A stretch of 55,292 nucleotides of DNA from Phycisphaerae bacterium (GCA_046753625.1 JBHHUB010000002.1:1-55292), one strand, 5' to 3'. Shown: positions 44,801 through 54,319, counted from the first letter of the stretch. The notes: generated by a model not told the origin, from the letters alone. Program-made: numbers and translations.

Positions 44801-46924
44801 GAAGGTGGCCGTGAGCGTGTGCTGCGTCGCGGTGGGTATGTTGGCCGATAGGGGTGCGAGCGTTCCGGAGTTGGGCAACAACAGTTGCGGCGTGCCGGCC
44901 AACGAGAACGTCTGCGGACCTTGCGGCACGTTGAAGCCCAGCACCTCAACGCGGTAGACGCCCGCCGCCGGGGCATTGATCACGATTTGCTCTATGTTGT
45001 TTAGATGGTCCGCTTGAGTTTGCACCGCCGGCAGCGCGGGATTGGCCGGGTCCAAAGTCCATGGAAAGAACTGCACGTTCCCCGGATCAAAAACGCGCAG
45101 GTCCAGGTCGTTGACCAGCGCCGGGGTGACCAAAGGCGTACCGGCGACATCGTCCCAGGCAAGGGTCACCTTCAACTGCGGATCGCCGGGGTCAACAACC
45201 ACCAGAATCGAAAAGGTCTCCCCTTGGCTGACCTGATCTTCCAGGAAAGAGCCCGAGCGCATGAAGTCGATTGTGGGTACAATGCGCACGGAACCGTACC
45301 CGCTCTGATAGTCCGGCCCGGTGTTGCCGATGTCCACCGCGTTGTGCGCGAGCAGCGCTTTCAGCGTGGCATTGGTGAAATCGGTTTTGGTCGGGAAATT
45401 CGCTCGGAAATCCTGTAGGAGCAGGGCCGACAGGCCGGTCACGGTAGGTGTGGCCATGGACGTGCCGCACTTGACACTGTATCCGAAGAGGTTCAGGGCT
45501 GTATTACATGAGGTGACACCGTTGTCGCCGCCGATCTGACATCCCGGCGCGGAAATGTCGGGCTTGAGTCGCCCATCATCACATGGTCCCCAACTGCTGA
45601 AGGTGGTCATCGAGTCATCGTTCGCGTTGATCGCTCCGACGGTGATGTGGTTCTTGGCACAGGAAGGCGGCGCCGTCGAGTGGTATCCGTTGATGTGTTC
45701 CGTCTGGCATGTGAGCGTGCACTGGCGTTCGTTGCCGTTGGCCCAAAGGACTCGAAACGGTACTCCCAAGCTCCAGTTTCCGCTGACGATATTGTCAATC
45801 AGCGCCGACGTTACGCCGTAGTCCCCCGTGATGCCGCACGGAAAGCCGTTGCTACACGTGTTGGTGCCGATCGAGTTGTTGGCCAGGTCGGCGCCGTGCA
45901 CCGTAATGGCCTGCGTGTAATCCGCCTCGAGGTCTCCAGGGTTCGTATAGAGGAAGATTTGCGTTCCATCATATTGGAACCCGTAGGACACGAGGTCCAC
46001 GCCCGGCGCCATGCCGCGGTACACCCCGTTGAGGCTTTGCGAACCATCTCCACCTATGGTGCATGCTACGTGGGACGAGTGGTCCGAAGCCGGTGCATTG
46101 TCGCCGAGGGTGATGCGGCCGGCAACGTCGGGATGGGTGAGCCCGTCGTCTCTCATGGCCCTACCCGCGTCGTAGACCAGAACCGTAACCCCCGATCCGT
46201 CGAGATTGTAAGGCGATGTATGAGCGATATCCGCGCCGGTGAGCGCGCGGTTTTCCGCGTTGAGTGCGTCCATTTTGGGCAGCGCGGGTTCGATGTATTC
46301 GACAATGTCTTCGGCCGCCAGCGCGGCCGCTTGCGACAGTGGAATCTCAATGACCAAGCCGTTGACCGATTGGATCGCGTCCTGGACCTTGGCACCATAT
46401 GCCTCGGCAACACCGACTCCCTTCGGCCGCAGCGCCACATCCGGATGAAACAGGACGTAGGCTCCGATAATCGGATCCCCCGGCGAATTCTCGCCCACGA
46501 TCACCCAGGCCGGCGCCGATCCAGGGAGCAAGGAGGCATGCAGCTTCCACGGCGTCTCCACGGCCGCTACGCCGGCGAGCGACGTCACCTCGGCCAGCTC
46601 GGACGCCGCCACGCCCTCTGACGAAACCGTGGCGAAAAAGGCATTGTCGCCGAGGTAATGGAGCAGCGTGACCCCGGCGGCGGCGAGTTTCTCGCGCTGG
46701 GCCGTGCCGATCGGATCCGCGAACTGGACCACGATGTGCCGCGTGCCACGATTCGGCACGAGCTCAGTGATCTTGCTCGCATTTTGCGCGGCTTCGGATG
46801 CGATCGTTTGTGCGGCCCCCGACCGCCATCGGATCTGCAACGGCCGAGCCGTCGCCACGGCCGATCCGCACAACGCAGGCACGATCAGCAGCGCCCATCG
46901 CATGCGACTGAAGAAGTTCATCAT
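41825..46924 (-). CDS. giant secreted S8 subtilase fused to P-domain, 3 Big-like repeats, 7-blade FG-GAP propeller, beta-sandwich and dockerin-like C-terminus
   Basis: Signal peptide MMNFFSRMRWALLIVPALCGSAVA. Catalytic D (VLVYDAG), H (HSSHVACTIGG) and S (GTSMATPTVTGLSA). Three ~95-aa Ig-like repeats. Seven DxDGDGDxD-type loops. Ends GDFSGDGLCDIEDLSVLASNF...DATGNGVQETADFTAILVNF. Confidence 0.9.
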   Translation of the reverse strand: MMNFFSRMRWALLIVPALCGSAVATARPLQIRWRSGAAQTIASEAAQNASKITELVPNRGTRHIVVQFADPIGTAQREKLAAAGVTLLHYLGDNAFFATVSSEGVAASELAEVTSLAGVAAVETPWKLHASLLPGSAPAWVIVGENSPGDPIIGAYVLFHPDVALRPKGVGVAEAYGAKVQDAIQSVNGLVIEIPLSQAAALAAEDIVEYIEPALPKMDALNAENRALTGADIAHTSPYNLDGSGVTVLVYDAGRAMRDDGLTHPDVAGRITLGDNAPASDHSSHVACTIGGDGSQSLNGVYRGMAPGVDLVSYGFQYDGTQIFLYTNPGDLEADYTQAITVHGADLANNSIGTNTCSNGFPCGITGDYGVTSALIDNIVSGNWSLGVPFRVLWANGNERQCTLTCQTEHINGYHSTAPPSCAKNHITVGAINANDDSMTTFSSWGPCDDGRLKPDISAPGCQIGGDNGVTSCNTALNLFGYSVKCGTSMATPTVTGLSALLLQDFRANFPTKTDFTNATLKALLAHNAVDIGNTGPDYQSGYGSVRIVPTIDFMRSGSFLEDQVSQGETFSILVVVDPGDPQLKVTLAWDDVAGTPLVTPALVNDLDLRVFDPGNVQFFPWTLDPANPALPAVQTQADHLNNIEQIVINAPAAGVYRVEVLGFNVPQGPQTFSLAGTPQLLLPNSGTLAPLSANIPTATQHTLTATFREGVAPFDPVPNTTVTFEVLSGPNVGILGTDLTDINGEATITYTGANVDGIDQIRASFDDAGTIRFSNTATATWAPGQLSLSPDGGTGNVRDDLTLTVTALQGAPPSNPIAGALVTFEAISGPNAGVLGTATTNGSGVASLTYTSADLAGTDSLRASFFDAGATRFSNTVTHTWVVGTITLSPTSATGTECTGHTLTADVVQGASPFAPMSGVTVTFDVISGPNVSLSGTGVTDAGGMATFTYPGDGGPGTDTIQASFIDGSATQLSNTATMTWSLSALDCNLNATPDECEIGWDQDCNANGAADLCDLAPVTNFGPTVALTADANPATIVTGELNGMPGLDIAIGNNLASTTSVLLNNGDGTFAAAVNYPIDGGASGIVMADFDGDGDQDLATATGRDTVSILMNNGDGTFAAEVVYPTNGDTPTAIATGDLDGINGPDLVVGNKKANANGDFVLTVMLNNGSGGFPTTTEEIVFDFPQGVAIGDMDGINGPDIVTAGKTLEFVKVLLNDGSAGFSPPLTSAPFAGNGPVWVTLGDYDGDTDLDAAFSLGDNTIHIMLNDGGGTLSGNNNFTTGVGPTTSVAKDLDNDGDLDLVVSNAGDAFTTETTFTVLINRSNGVFAIQPTVDTGTNNPIAIAAADFNLDGDADIALAHNLATGDVSLLAGNVTFVSLDCNANAIPDDCEPDADGDTVPDACDLCAGTFPGSPVDATGCPLSVTCSSAGTFVLDAATYTCSDTAAMQVIDCDLNLSMIAVDTVDVTLASTTEPAGETVTLTETAIDSAVFEGSIPLSTTDGVGIVQIGSGDLITATYVDANDGLGGINVTVTDTATIPGDCLDVTVELEAVDTAITRTVTFVVTDCTGPVTETFTTAINFDAGIPMVRGGQGSTTLTLSTPGATWISADEGHTLRTLLSLGAPLPTSVAFAGADRLIAGDFSGDGLCDIEDLSVLASNFMTPGDAADATGNGVQETADFTAILVNFFLVSDAVDGCP

Positions 46925-47452
46925 GTACTTACCTGACCCCGCTCCCCCGACATCTCCTTATCGCGGCCTCTTGCCCTATCAACAGTGTATCGTACCATGC
47001 CGCAGTCCGATAAATCGCAGACATCGGGGGCTCTGTCGGGCGAACCCGTAACGGTTATCGCCGGTTTGCCGTGTGTAGATCAAACGAGGCAGGTTGCAGG
47101 CGGTCTTGGATGCGCCAAGCATCATGTCCCTCCCTGGCAACCGCTGTCGATCCATCATCGATATCTCCCCAATGCCGGTCCACAACGCCGAAGCGATTGC
47201 GTAGGGGACGCCAGCCCCTCCAGGATCCGACCGCAAGCTCGGGGCAGCCGCCCCGATCCTCTTTCCTCGATTCGCCGATAACGATGCTCACGAAGCCGGC
47301 GATCGGCCAGACGTCCGCATGGCATCGCCTTCCGCGTCGCCGTCTCGCTCGAGCCGTACGCCCCGTGACATCCGTCCCTCGGCGTAGCACCGGCACCCCA
47401 CCCGGTACCTGCGCGCGCTTTAATGCCGCGCTACGTTGCTCGAAATCGTTTC

Positions 47453-47950
47453 TTACCCGCCGGCCAGAAACGCGGCCAGTGCCGCGAAGTCCTCCGCGGT
47501 GAGTTCCGGAAACTTCACTTCCGGTACGCGCCCGACCCGTCCGCCCGCCAGCGCCAGATGCTGCCCGTCGCCTTGGGCGAGGGATTGCAGCGTGTCCGCA
47601 TCGGCGCCGCGAACGCTCGGCGCTCTTCCGCCGGAACCGTCATCCCCGTGGCACTGAGCGCAGGATGCGTCAGGCTGGAAATCGCTGCTGATCGCTTGCG
47701 GATCGCGGAAGAGCCTCGCGCCGATCGCCGCCGCGTCGGTCATCTCGGAAACCCCGGAAAGTTCGGGCACGTCGGCCCCGGCCTCTTGATTCGTCGATGG
47801 TGGGCCGCCGCGGTCTTCCACCATCGTGGCGCATGCCAGCCCCAACAGCAGCGAGCAAGCGCCAACCGCCCCAACACGGGCGATCTTTGTACAGTCCCTA
47901 TTTCGTCGGTCCACGGGCTTGGTCCTTTCTGTTTCAAAACTCCAATTCAA
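47453..47950 (-). CDS. small mono-haem c-type cytochrome, lipoprotein-like
   Basis: CAQCH haem-binding motif. SLLLGLAC lipobox-like signal. TTG start at 47950 is uncertain. Confidence 0.65.
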   Translation of the reverse strand: MNWSFETERTKPVDRRNRDCTKIARVGAVGACSLLLGLACATMVEDRGGPPSTNQEAGADVPELSGVSEMTDAAAIGARLFRDPQAISSDFQPDASCAQCHGDDGSGGRAPSVRGADADTLQSLAQGDGQHLALAGGRVGRVPEVKFPELTAEDFAALAAFLAGG

Positions 47951-48326
47951 CTCGGAGTGGAGAACAAATCTCGAGACAACGGAGCCGCCCTGCTAACCGG
48001 GTGGCCATCGCGGGCTCAACAGCCCGGGCCACGGTGATTGTACCAGTTCCTTGAGCCTCCCTTTGCATAGGCGGGGCGATGCGTGCAGCACGCACGCGCT
48101 GATCCGGGCGCGAAAACGCAGCCGCATCGCATCACTCCGCCGTCTGGTCTATCCGGCCGCCGCATCGGCCGCCGGGTTCATGGCTTTGAGCCGCGGGCTT
48201 GGCGCCCGTTCGGTCATGCGGGGAAGCATCGGATGCGATGGGCACGCCTCCGCTCACCCGCTCGCGTCCCGGTGTGCATGGGCAACCTTGGTTGGCCCAC
48301 GCCCTCCGCCGCGACCTACTCCTTCA

Positions 48327-51300
48327 CTACCGCTTTCTGAGACCGCGGCGACGAAGTGACTTCACCGGAGCCACCGGATCATCGTCCACGGGCACATCGC
48401 CGGCGGCGAAGGCTTCAACATCCAACATATCCACCCAACCGTCGCCGTTGATATCGGCGCCCGTGAGTTCACCGAGCCCCATGAATTCCAACTCCCAAAC
48501 GGCGATCTGCATGACCGGTCCGTCGCCGGCAAAGCCCGCGGTGATCACACAGCAGTCGATGGCGTCGAACTCACCGAAGTTAAAGTTCAAGACTGAAAAA
48601 TCAGCGCTACCGACGAAACCGTCTCCATTGAGATCGGCATTCCAATCCGCGGTCGTCACCGGCACGGAGGGCAGCCCCAGACAGTTGGTGTTCGCGGGGA
48701 CCGGCGTGTTGAACTGCGCGTTCATGATGGCAAAATCAATGATGTCCTTGAATCCGTCATCATTGAAATCGCCCCCGCGAAGCGCCGTGCCGCCCGTGGT
48801 GGAATCGAAGCTGGCGGTGTACGTCGCGCCGATGTCTGTAATGGTCTCCGTGCTAAGCAGCGTATGCAGCCGGTCCCGAGCGGTAATGCATGTATAAACG
48901 CCGGCGGGAATCTCCACCGAGACGCCTGATGCCCTCGAAGTAGCCACGCTCGGTGCTGTACCGTTAAAGAGCATCTGCGCTTCGACGGTTACCACCGGTT
49001 GGGCGGGATCACTGCAGTTGGAGAGTTCGAATGTAATGCATCGCAGCATGTCGCCGTCGGCGCCGGCGAGCTCCACATCGACCAACATGATGTTGGTCGA
49101 TGTGACCTCAACATTGAATACGCAGGGTTCGCCGGCGTCCGTTCCGTTGCCGCAGGCATCCGTAGCCGTGCAGGTCACCCGGCTCTTGCCGATCGCGAAA
49201 GTGTCTCCGTTCACGCCAATCGGCAGCGGTGCGCCCAGGACGTCACACGTTTGGCCTGCCGGGCAATCAGCGGCCGTGTAGCACACGGCACCGGAGCCAC
49301 TGCACAGAAACGCTTCCTTAACGCAACTGACCGCCCTGGTGCCGTCGCAAGCATCCACCGCGATCGGCTGACTCCACGCGATTGCAGCAGAGGATTCACC
49401 CGCGTCGGCATGCACGCTGATGTCGGCCGGGCAAGTGATTCCAAAGTCCGGGGCTATCCCGTCGATGCGGACCGGAGCCATGTTGTCGGTAATCAATCCG
49501 GAAACGCTGAAGCCGGCCGTATCCACGACATTGTTGGGTGGCGTGTGCGTACGGAAGTTCACGGTTGCGTCCGGGTCGCAGGCGGCAATCGCCTTGAAGG
49601 TAATGGCGGCCATGACGCTGCCGTCCGTCGAGGTTCCTGCGTCTCCAAGGTTGATGCTCACGCTGTAGTCGATCGTCCCGTTGACCGCGTCGTGACTGAA
49701 CAGAAGCGGGAACGGGAACAGCGGTCCGGGGGCAATGGATTGATATTCAAGCTTGGTCTGGTCGTAATCCAGATAGAACTGCCCGCCGACGATTTTGTTG
49801 CACCGCACGTGGCAGGCTGCGTCGTTCGCACACGCTTGTCCGGCGTTTACACCGCTGCTGCAGGTGCCACCTACGCATGTCCCGGTTGCGGCGCCACAGT
49901 CGTTGTCGACCGTACAGGCTACACCGTTGTTGACTCCGCCGAGGCAAGTATTGATGGTCGCGTCGCCGGCCATGCCGGTCATGACGACGTTAACAACCAC
50001 TTGATTGGTATTGGGGTCGAGTGCCCCCGGGTCACAGGTTCCGCCGGGGCAATCCAAGCCGTCCGTACAGGGGAGACCGGCGTTGGTGCCGCCGGTGCAC
50101 GTCAGGACCGGATCGTAACAAGTCGTGGGCCCGGCAACGGATTGAAGCGTTAGCGTGGGGCACGTTCCGTTTGAGGGGAACTCACAGACGCCGACGTTGC
50201 ACACGGCGCTTTGGCAAGTCGGGTTCGGGTTCGATGCGGTGCAGTCAGCATCGGCCGCACAGGTCAGGCAGCCCGATATGGCTGTGCCTGCACATGCGCC
50301 GGCAGTGCACTGATCGTTCTCCGTGCAAATCACTCCGTCATCACAGGCCGTGCCGTCGCTGACCGCTTGCGTGCTGCACGCCAGGTCGCATGTGCCTCCG
50401 GGACAGTCGGCGCCAAAACGACACCCACTGCCTGGGTTGGCGCCGCCGGTGCAAATGCCAACGGTACACGAGCCTCCGCCTGAACAGGGTGTGTCGTCCG
50501 AGCAAGGGACACCATCGTTGGTTCCCCCCGCGCAGACGCCGGCGGTCGCATTACAGGTCAGACTTTGGCATACGGGCGCTGTCCCCGTGCACGCGGGCGA
50601 CGAGGAAGTGCATATGCCGTTCGTGCACACATCCGGCAACGTACACGGGTCCCCGTCCGTGCAGGCCGTGCCGTCCGTCTGGTTCGGGTTGGTGCAAGTG
50701 CCGCTTGGTTCCTGGCAGACGCCGATAACGTGGCACTGGTCCAGCGCCGTACAGACGACGTCGTTGCCTCCCGTACACACGCCGGCCACGCACGTGTCGG
50801 TCTGCGTGCAGGCGAATGTGTCGTCGCAGCCGGTGCCATCCGTCGCGTTGGGATTATCGCAGACGCCGACGCACGTACCACCACCCGTGCAGGCCGTGTC
50901 GTCGACACAAGCCGTCCCGTCGTTGGTTCCGCCGGTGCATACGGCGTTGGCGGCGATGCACGTGCCCGCAACATGGCATTGATCCAACGCCAGGCACACG
51001 ACGGGGCTTCCGGCACACGCTCCGCCGGAGCAGACGTCGGCGGTCGTGCAGAGATCGCCGTCGTCGCACACGTTGCTGTTGTTCGGATTGCTGCAGACAC
51101 CGCCGGAGCAGACGTTGTCGGTGCAGAGGTTGTCGATGCAGGTACCGCCAACACCACAGACGGCATCGCTTGAGCACGACAGTCCGGGGTTCGGGCTGCC
51201 GGCGCTGCAGGTTCCATCTACGCAGTCGGAGGCGTTGTTGCAGAACGGCTCAACGACGGTGATGGTGCCCTCGACGTGCAAGGTGATGATCTGGTTCGAA

Positions 51301-51821
51301 GGCGTCCACTGGCTCGGGGCTGCCGTAGTGGAAAAGGTGAGCCGCACATCCCACGTGCCAATACCCGAAACGCCGGCGAGTACGGGGAAGCGCACCAGGG
51401 GGCCGTCGTATTCGAGCGGGACGGATCCGCTCGGGCTCGTCTTGGCCGCATCGTTCAAGAGCGGACTGCCGGTAATGTTGCTGTCTTCTGTCGTGAAGAT
51501 GCCGCCGCCGAATGGATCGGCAAGCTCCGTAATGTCGTTCGCTCCCGATGTGAATTGCAGCGTGCCGGTCGGCGCACCTTGCGGACTGAGCTCAACGTTG
51601 ATGTCGTACCCGGCTGCGTTGGCGTCTCCGGTGGTGCTGCTGATCAGCCCGTAGACATCCAGGTTCAACACCTGGCCCTGAATCACCTGGAGGGCCAGCG
51701 GTCCGTTGGCGACGCTGGTGTCGCCGACGGTAATCTCGGCCGCTCCCGCCGCGCCGGCCCAGGCCAGCAACGCGCCTGCGACGATCAATCGCCGCATCCG
51801 AAAAGTCATTGATGTACACAT
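48327..51821 (-). CDS. giant secreted Cys-rich protein with cohesin-like modules, an HYR-like domain and three dockerin-like repeats
   Basis: ATG 51821 lies 8 nt after AAGGAG and gives the signal peptide MCTSMTFRMRRLIVAGALLAWAGAAGA; the ORF extends to 51929. Many CxDGxxCTxxDxCxxGxC and CxGGxNxGxxCxxDxxCxGGxC repeats. HYR-like ITCPADISVHADAGESSAAIAW...VTCTATDACGN. C-terminal DFNDDGFKDIIDF, DLNGDGFVGSADF, DINGDGWVDMLDV. Confidence 0.85.
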   Translation of the reverse strand: MCTSMTFRMRRLIVAGALLAWAGAAGAAEITVGDTSVANGPLALQVIQGQVLNLDVYGLISSTTGDANAAGYDINVELSPQGAPTGTLQFTSGANDITELADPFGGGIFTTEDSNITGSPLLNDAAKTSPSGSVPLEYDGPLVRFPVLAGVSGIGTWDVRLTFSTTAAPSQWTPSNQIITLHVEGTITVVEPFCNNASDCVDGTCSAGSPNPGLSCSSDAVCGVGGTCIDNLCTDNVCSGGVCSNPNNSNVCDDGDLCTTADVCSGGACAGSPVVCLALDQCHVAGTCIAANAVCTGGTNDGTACVDDTACTGGGTCVGVCDNPNATDGTGCDDTFACTQTDTCVAGVCTGGNDVVCTALDQCHVIGVCQEPSGTCTNPNQTDGTACTDGDPCTLPDVCTNGICTSSSPACTGTAPVCQSLTCNATAGVCAGGTNDGVPCSDDTPCSGGGSCTVGICTGGANPGSGCRFGADCPGGTCDLACSTQAVSDGTACDDGVICTENDQCTAGACAGTAISGCLTCAADADCTASNPNPTCQSAVCNVGVCEFPSNGTCPTLTLQSVAGPTTCYDPVLTCTGGTNAGLPCTDGLDCPGGTCDPGALDPNTNQVVVNVVMTGMAGDATINTCLGGVNNGVACTVDNDCGAATGTCVGGTCSSGVNAGQACANDAACHVRCNKIVGGQFYLDYDQTKLEYQSIAPGPLFPFPLLFSHDAVNGTIDYSVSINLGDAGTSTDGSVMAAITFKAIAACDPDATVNFRTHTPPNNVVDTAGFSVSGLITDNMAPVRIDGIAPDFGITCPADISVHADAGESSAAIAWSQPIAVDACDGTRAVSCVKEAFLCSGSGAVCYTAADCPAGQTCDVLGAPLPIGVNGDTFAIGKSRVTCTATDACGNGTDAGEPCVFNVEVTSTNIMLVDVELAGADGDMLRCITFELSNCSDPAQPVVTVEAQMLFNGTAPSVATSRASGVSVEIPAGVYTCITARDRLHTLLSTETITDIGATYTASFDSTTGGTALRGGDFNDDGFKDIIDFAIMNAQFNTPVPANTNCLGLPSVPVTTADWNADLNGDGFVGSADFSVLNFNFGEFDAIDCCVITAGFAGDGPVMQIAVWELEFMGLGELTGADINGDGWVDMLDVEAFAAGDVPVDDDPVAPVKSLRRRGLRKR

Positions 51822-51958
51822 CGTTCCTGCTCCTTGATGGCCCGGGCCACGAGGCCGGGCTGGGTGTTGCTCCGAGGTTGCACGCGTTCGTGCATTCGTT
51901 TCGTTGAGTTGGTTGTTGGCCAATGACATTCTTGTATCCTTTGTGTTCTGGGTTCCTG

Positions 51959-53347
51959 TTACGGAGTTATGAGCCCCAGCTTGAAAGACGTACTCACGCT
52001 AAAGCGCGCTTCGATGAAATCGTCCGTGGTGACCAGTCGCGTCTTGTTCACGTCAAACGGACTATCGATGCCCACGAATTGAGAAGTACTCACCGCGAGC
52101 CGGACGGCGATGGCGTCGTCTGTCGTGGTCAGGCGGTTGTCATCCGTGTCCGCGGGCATGCTGGCGACGTAGAAGATACAGTTGCCGCCTGGTATGGCGT
52201 TACCGCTGGGCAGGGCCACCGGATTGCCGGTTACTTCCCCATCCAGCGCGACGCCGCCGGCGGAAATCTGCGTGGCGTCCAACGTGATCTTCAGCCACCG
52301 ACGCACCACCGAATCGTCGGCCAGAACGAGGTTGACGACGGTCACACCGCTCGCGGTGCTTACCGTGGCCGACGCGCCGGCCACTACCGCGGCGTCAACC
52401 GGGGTGAACGTGGTTCCGAGGCTTCCCGTGGTCCATTCAAAGGAGAACGCCGCCTCCGGCGTGGTCGCGAAGGTCACAATGCTGTCGAAGGTTATGCGCA
52501 CTCCGGTGATCCCGCGCATGTAGTTGGTGATGTTGCTGCTCAAGGCGGAGGCGCACGTCCCGAATCCGGGGCAGTCCGCGTCGGTTGAACAGGGCAACCC
52601 ATCGTTGCCGCCTCCGGTGCACAGCAACGGTGCTCCGGTCGCCAGGCACGTTTTGCTGGGGTCGATCTGTTGAAACTCCGGCGTTTGAAAACACGTGCCG
52701 CCCGGACATTGGGTCGCAAACGAACACAGCAGGCCGTCGTTGGCACCGCCGCTGCACGTGCCGAACGCGCTGCCCGCGTAGAACAACTCCAACCCAGTCA
52801 CGTGCGGACCGGCAAGCGTACCCACCGTGATGGCGCCCGAGTCGGCTTTGGTCGGCAGGAGCGTCGTGTTATCGGCTGCGACGGTCAGTTTCGTCAGCAC
52901 CGGCGCGGCATCCGCCCGAAAGCTGATCGCGGTTGTGCCCGCAGCCAGGGCGGTAAACGTCAGCGTGGCGACGGCGTGGTCGGCCTGCGTGGCGGCCCCG
53001 GCGGAGTTCATCACCACGACATAGTCAATGTCGCCGGCAACATCCACATCCACGGCCTCGGTCCAACCGATGCCGCCGATCGTCGAATTCGGAATGATGG
53101 AGTTCAGTTGCAGTATCGTCGTGTCGAAGTGCATGAACGCCTGAACTCCATTGATGGGGGCCGAAAGGTTGGCCACGTCCAAGGTTACCGTGACCGTGTC
53201 GCCGACGGCGACGGATTGGGATCCGGCCGCTACGTTCAGCGTAAGATCATTCACGATGAGATTGGTCGTCGCCATTGATTGTCTAACCTCGGATCCCATT
53301 ATCGTTGCGGCCAGCACGATGGCCGTTATCGTCTTGTACCATTTCAT
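51959..53347 (-). CDS. secreted cohesin-like / Cys-module / dockerin-like protein
   Basis: Signal peptide MKWYKTITAIVLAATIMG. Cohesin-like VTVTLDVANLSAPINGVQAFMHFDTTILQL. Two CxGGxNDGxxC modules. C-terminal pair DTDDNRLTTTDD / DVNKTRLVTTDD. Confidence 0.8.
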   Translation of the reverse strand: MKWYKTITAIVLAATIMGSEVRQSMATTNLIVNDLTLNVAAGSQSVAVGDTVTVTLDVANLSAPINGVQAFMHFDTTILQLNSIIPNSTIGGIGWTEAVDVDVAGDIDYVVVMNSAGAATQADHAVATLTFTALAAGTTAISFRADAAPVLTKLTVAADNTTLLPTKADSGAITVGTLAGPHVTGLELFYAGSAFGTCSGGANDGLLCSFATQCPGGTCFQTPEFQQIDPSKTCLATGAPLLCTGGGNDGLPCSTDADCPGFGTCASALSSNITNYMRGITGVRITFDSIVTFATTPEAAFSFEWTTGSLGTTFTPVDAAVVAGASATVSTASGVTVVNLVLADDSVVRRWLKITLDATQISAGGVALDGEVTGNPVALPSGNAIPGGNCIFYVASMPADTDDNRLTTTDDAIAVRLAVSTSQFVGIDSPFDVNKTRLVTTDDFIEARFSVSTSFKLGLITP

Positions 53348-53545
53348 TTCTCAAACATCCTCGTCGAGTGCCCAGACCCATACTCGATTCGGTGTACGCG
53401 ATGACACCCCTGCAGTGGCTTTGTGTCACGATGCGCGACGCCAAGTCGTATTGTAAGATTGCGTCCTGTCCTCCTTGTGTTCGCCGGATGGGGGCGGCAC
53501 CACTATGGCGCCGCACGCCCTGCTATGTGCGACTTCGGTCGGCCG

Positions 53546-54319
53546 TCACGATCCCGGTCCGGTCATCACGCCGCCGTAGAACGCTGCATCAGCCAGGTCG
53601 ATGTCACCGTCGTCGTCGTAGTCGAACCCGGCGCAACAAAGCTCCGGACTCGTCGGATAAGCCGGCGTCTCGCTGGGGCTCATCGCCCCGGTGAAACAGG
53701 CTTGCAACCGGGCGAACTCGGTGAGATCCAGGTCTCCATCGCCGTCGCAATCGGCGGGCGGGATCACGCTCACCGCGGCGCTGAAGAGAAGGCCGGTCAC
53801 GTTCTGGTTCGGGGCGTCCGCTCCAAACACGCGCGTCACCGAAAAGTTTCCCAGCGCCGGCTCGATGACAATGTGGCTCAGGTCCGTCTGGGTCAACGCC
53901 ACAAACTGAAACGTGGTCACATGAAGACCCGCTCCCGTAGCCAGCGCCGAACTTCCAAACGAGGACAACGCCGTATACTTCGCGTTGCCGTCGAGAAACG
54001 AATCGTTAAGCCCGTCCAAGGCCGGGTCCGGAGGGAATCCGGATTGCAGCCAGTTGTAGGGGCCGTCGTTGATCACGCCGAGCAATTGAACCCGTGCCGC
54101 GTCCCAACTTACGATCACATCCATGGCGGAAATCGTCTGAAACCCGCCGTCGGCGGTCGTGGCCCAAAGGCCGATTTCAAACGTTACGCCCGCCGCTACC
54201 GTTCGCGGTTGCGGCGCCCAATCCAAATCCACGTTACTGCCCAAGGCCGGTGTCACAAACGCTGCACCAATGGCAACCGCGACACTCAGGCCGATCGCTT
54301 TCGATATCCCTGCATTCAT
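53546..54319 (-). CDS. secreted cohesin-like + dockerin-like protein
   Basis: Signal peptide MNAGISKAIGLSVAVAIGAAFVTPALG. Cohesin-like VTFEIGLWATTADGGFQTISAMDVIVSWDAARVQLL. C-terminal DCDGDGDLDLTEF / DYDDDGDIDLADA. Confidence 0.8.
   Translation of the reverse strand: MNAGISKAIGLSVAVAIGAAFVTPALGSNVDLDWAPQPRTVAAGVTFEIGLWATTADGGFQTISAMDVIVSWDAARVQLLGVINDGPYNWLQSGFPPDPALDGLNDSFLDGNAKYTALSSFGSSALATGAGLHVTTFQFVALTQTDLSHIVIEPALGNFSVTRVFGADAPNQNVTGLLFSAAVSVIPPADCDGDGDLDLTEFARLQACFTGAMSPSETPAYPTSPELCCAGFDYDDDGDIDLADAAFYGGVMTGPGS

Noticed and set aside
46925-47452. 528-nt spacer upstream of the S8 protease as a hidden gene or structured leader
   Set aside because: The ORFs there (46979-47236, 47055-47396, 46985-47281) have no motifs. 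I saw no strong conserved-looking structure, so there is not enough evidence to call anything.
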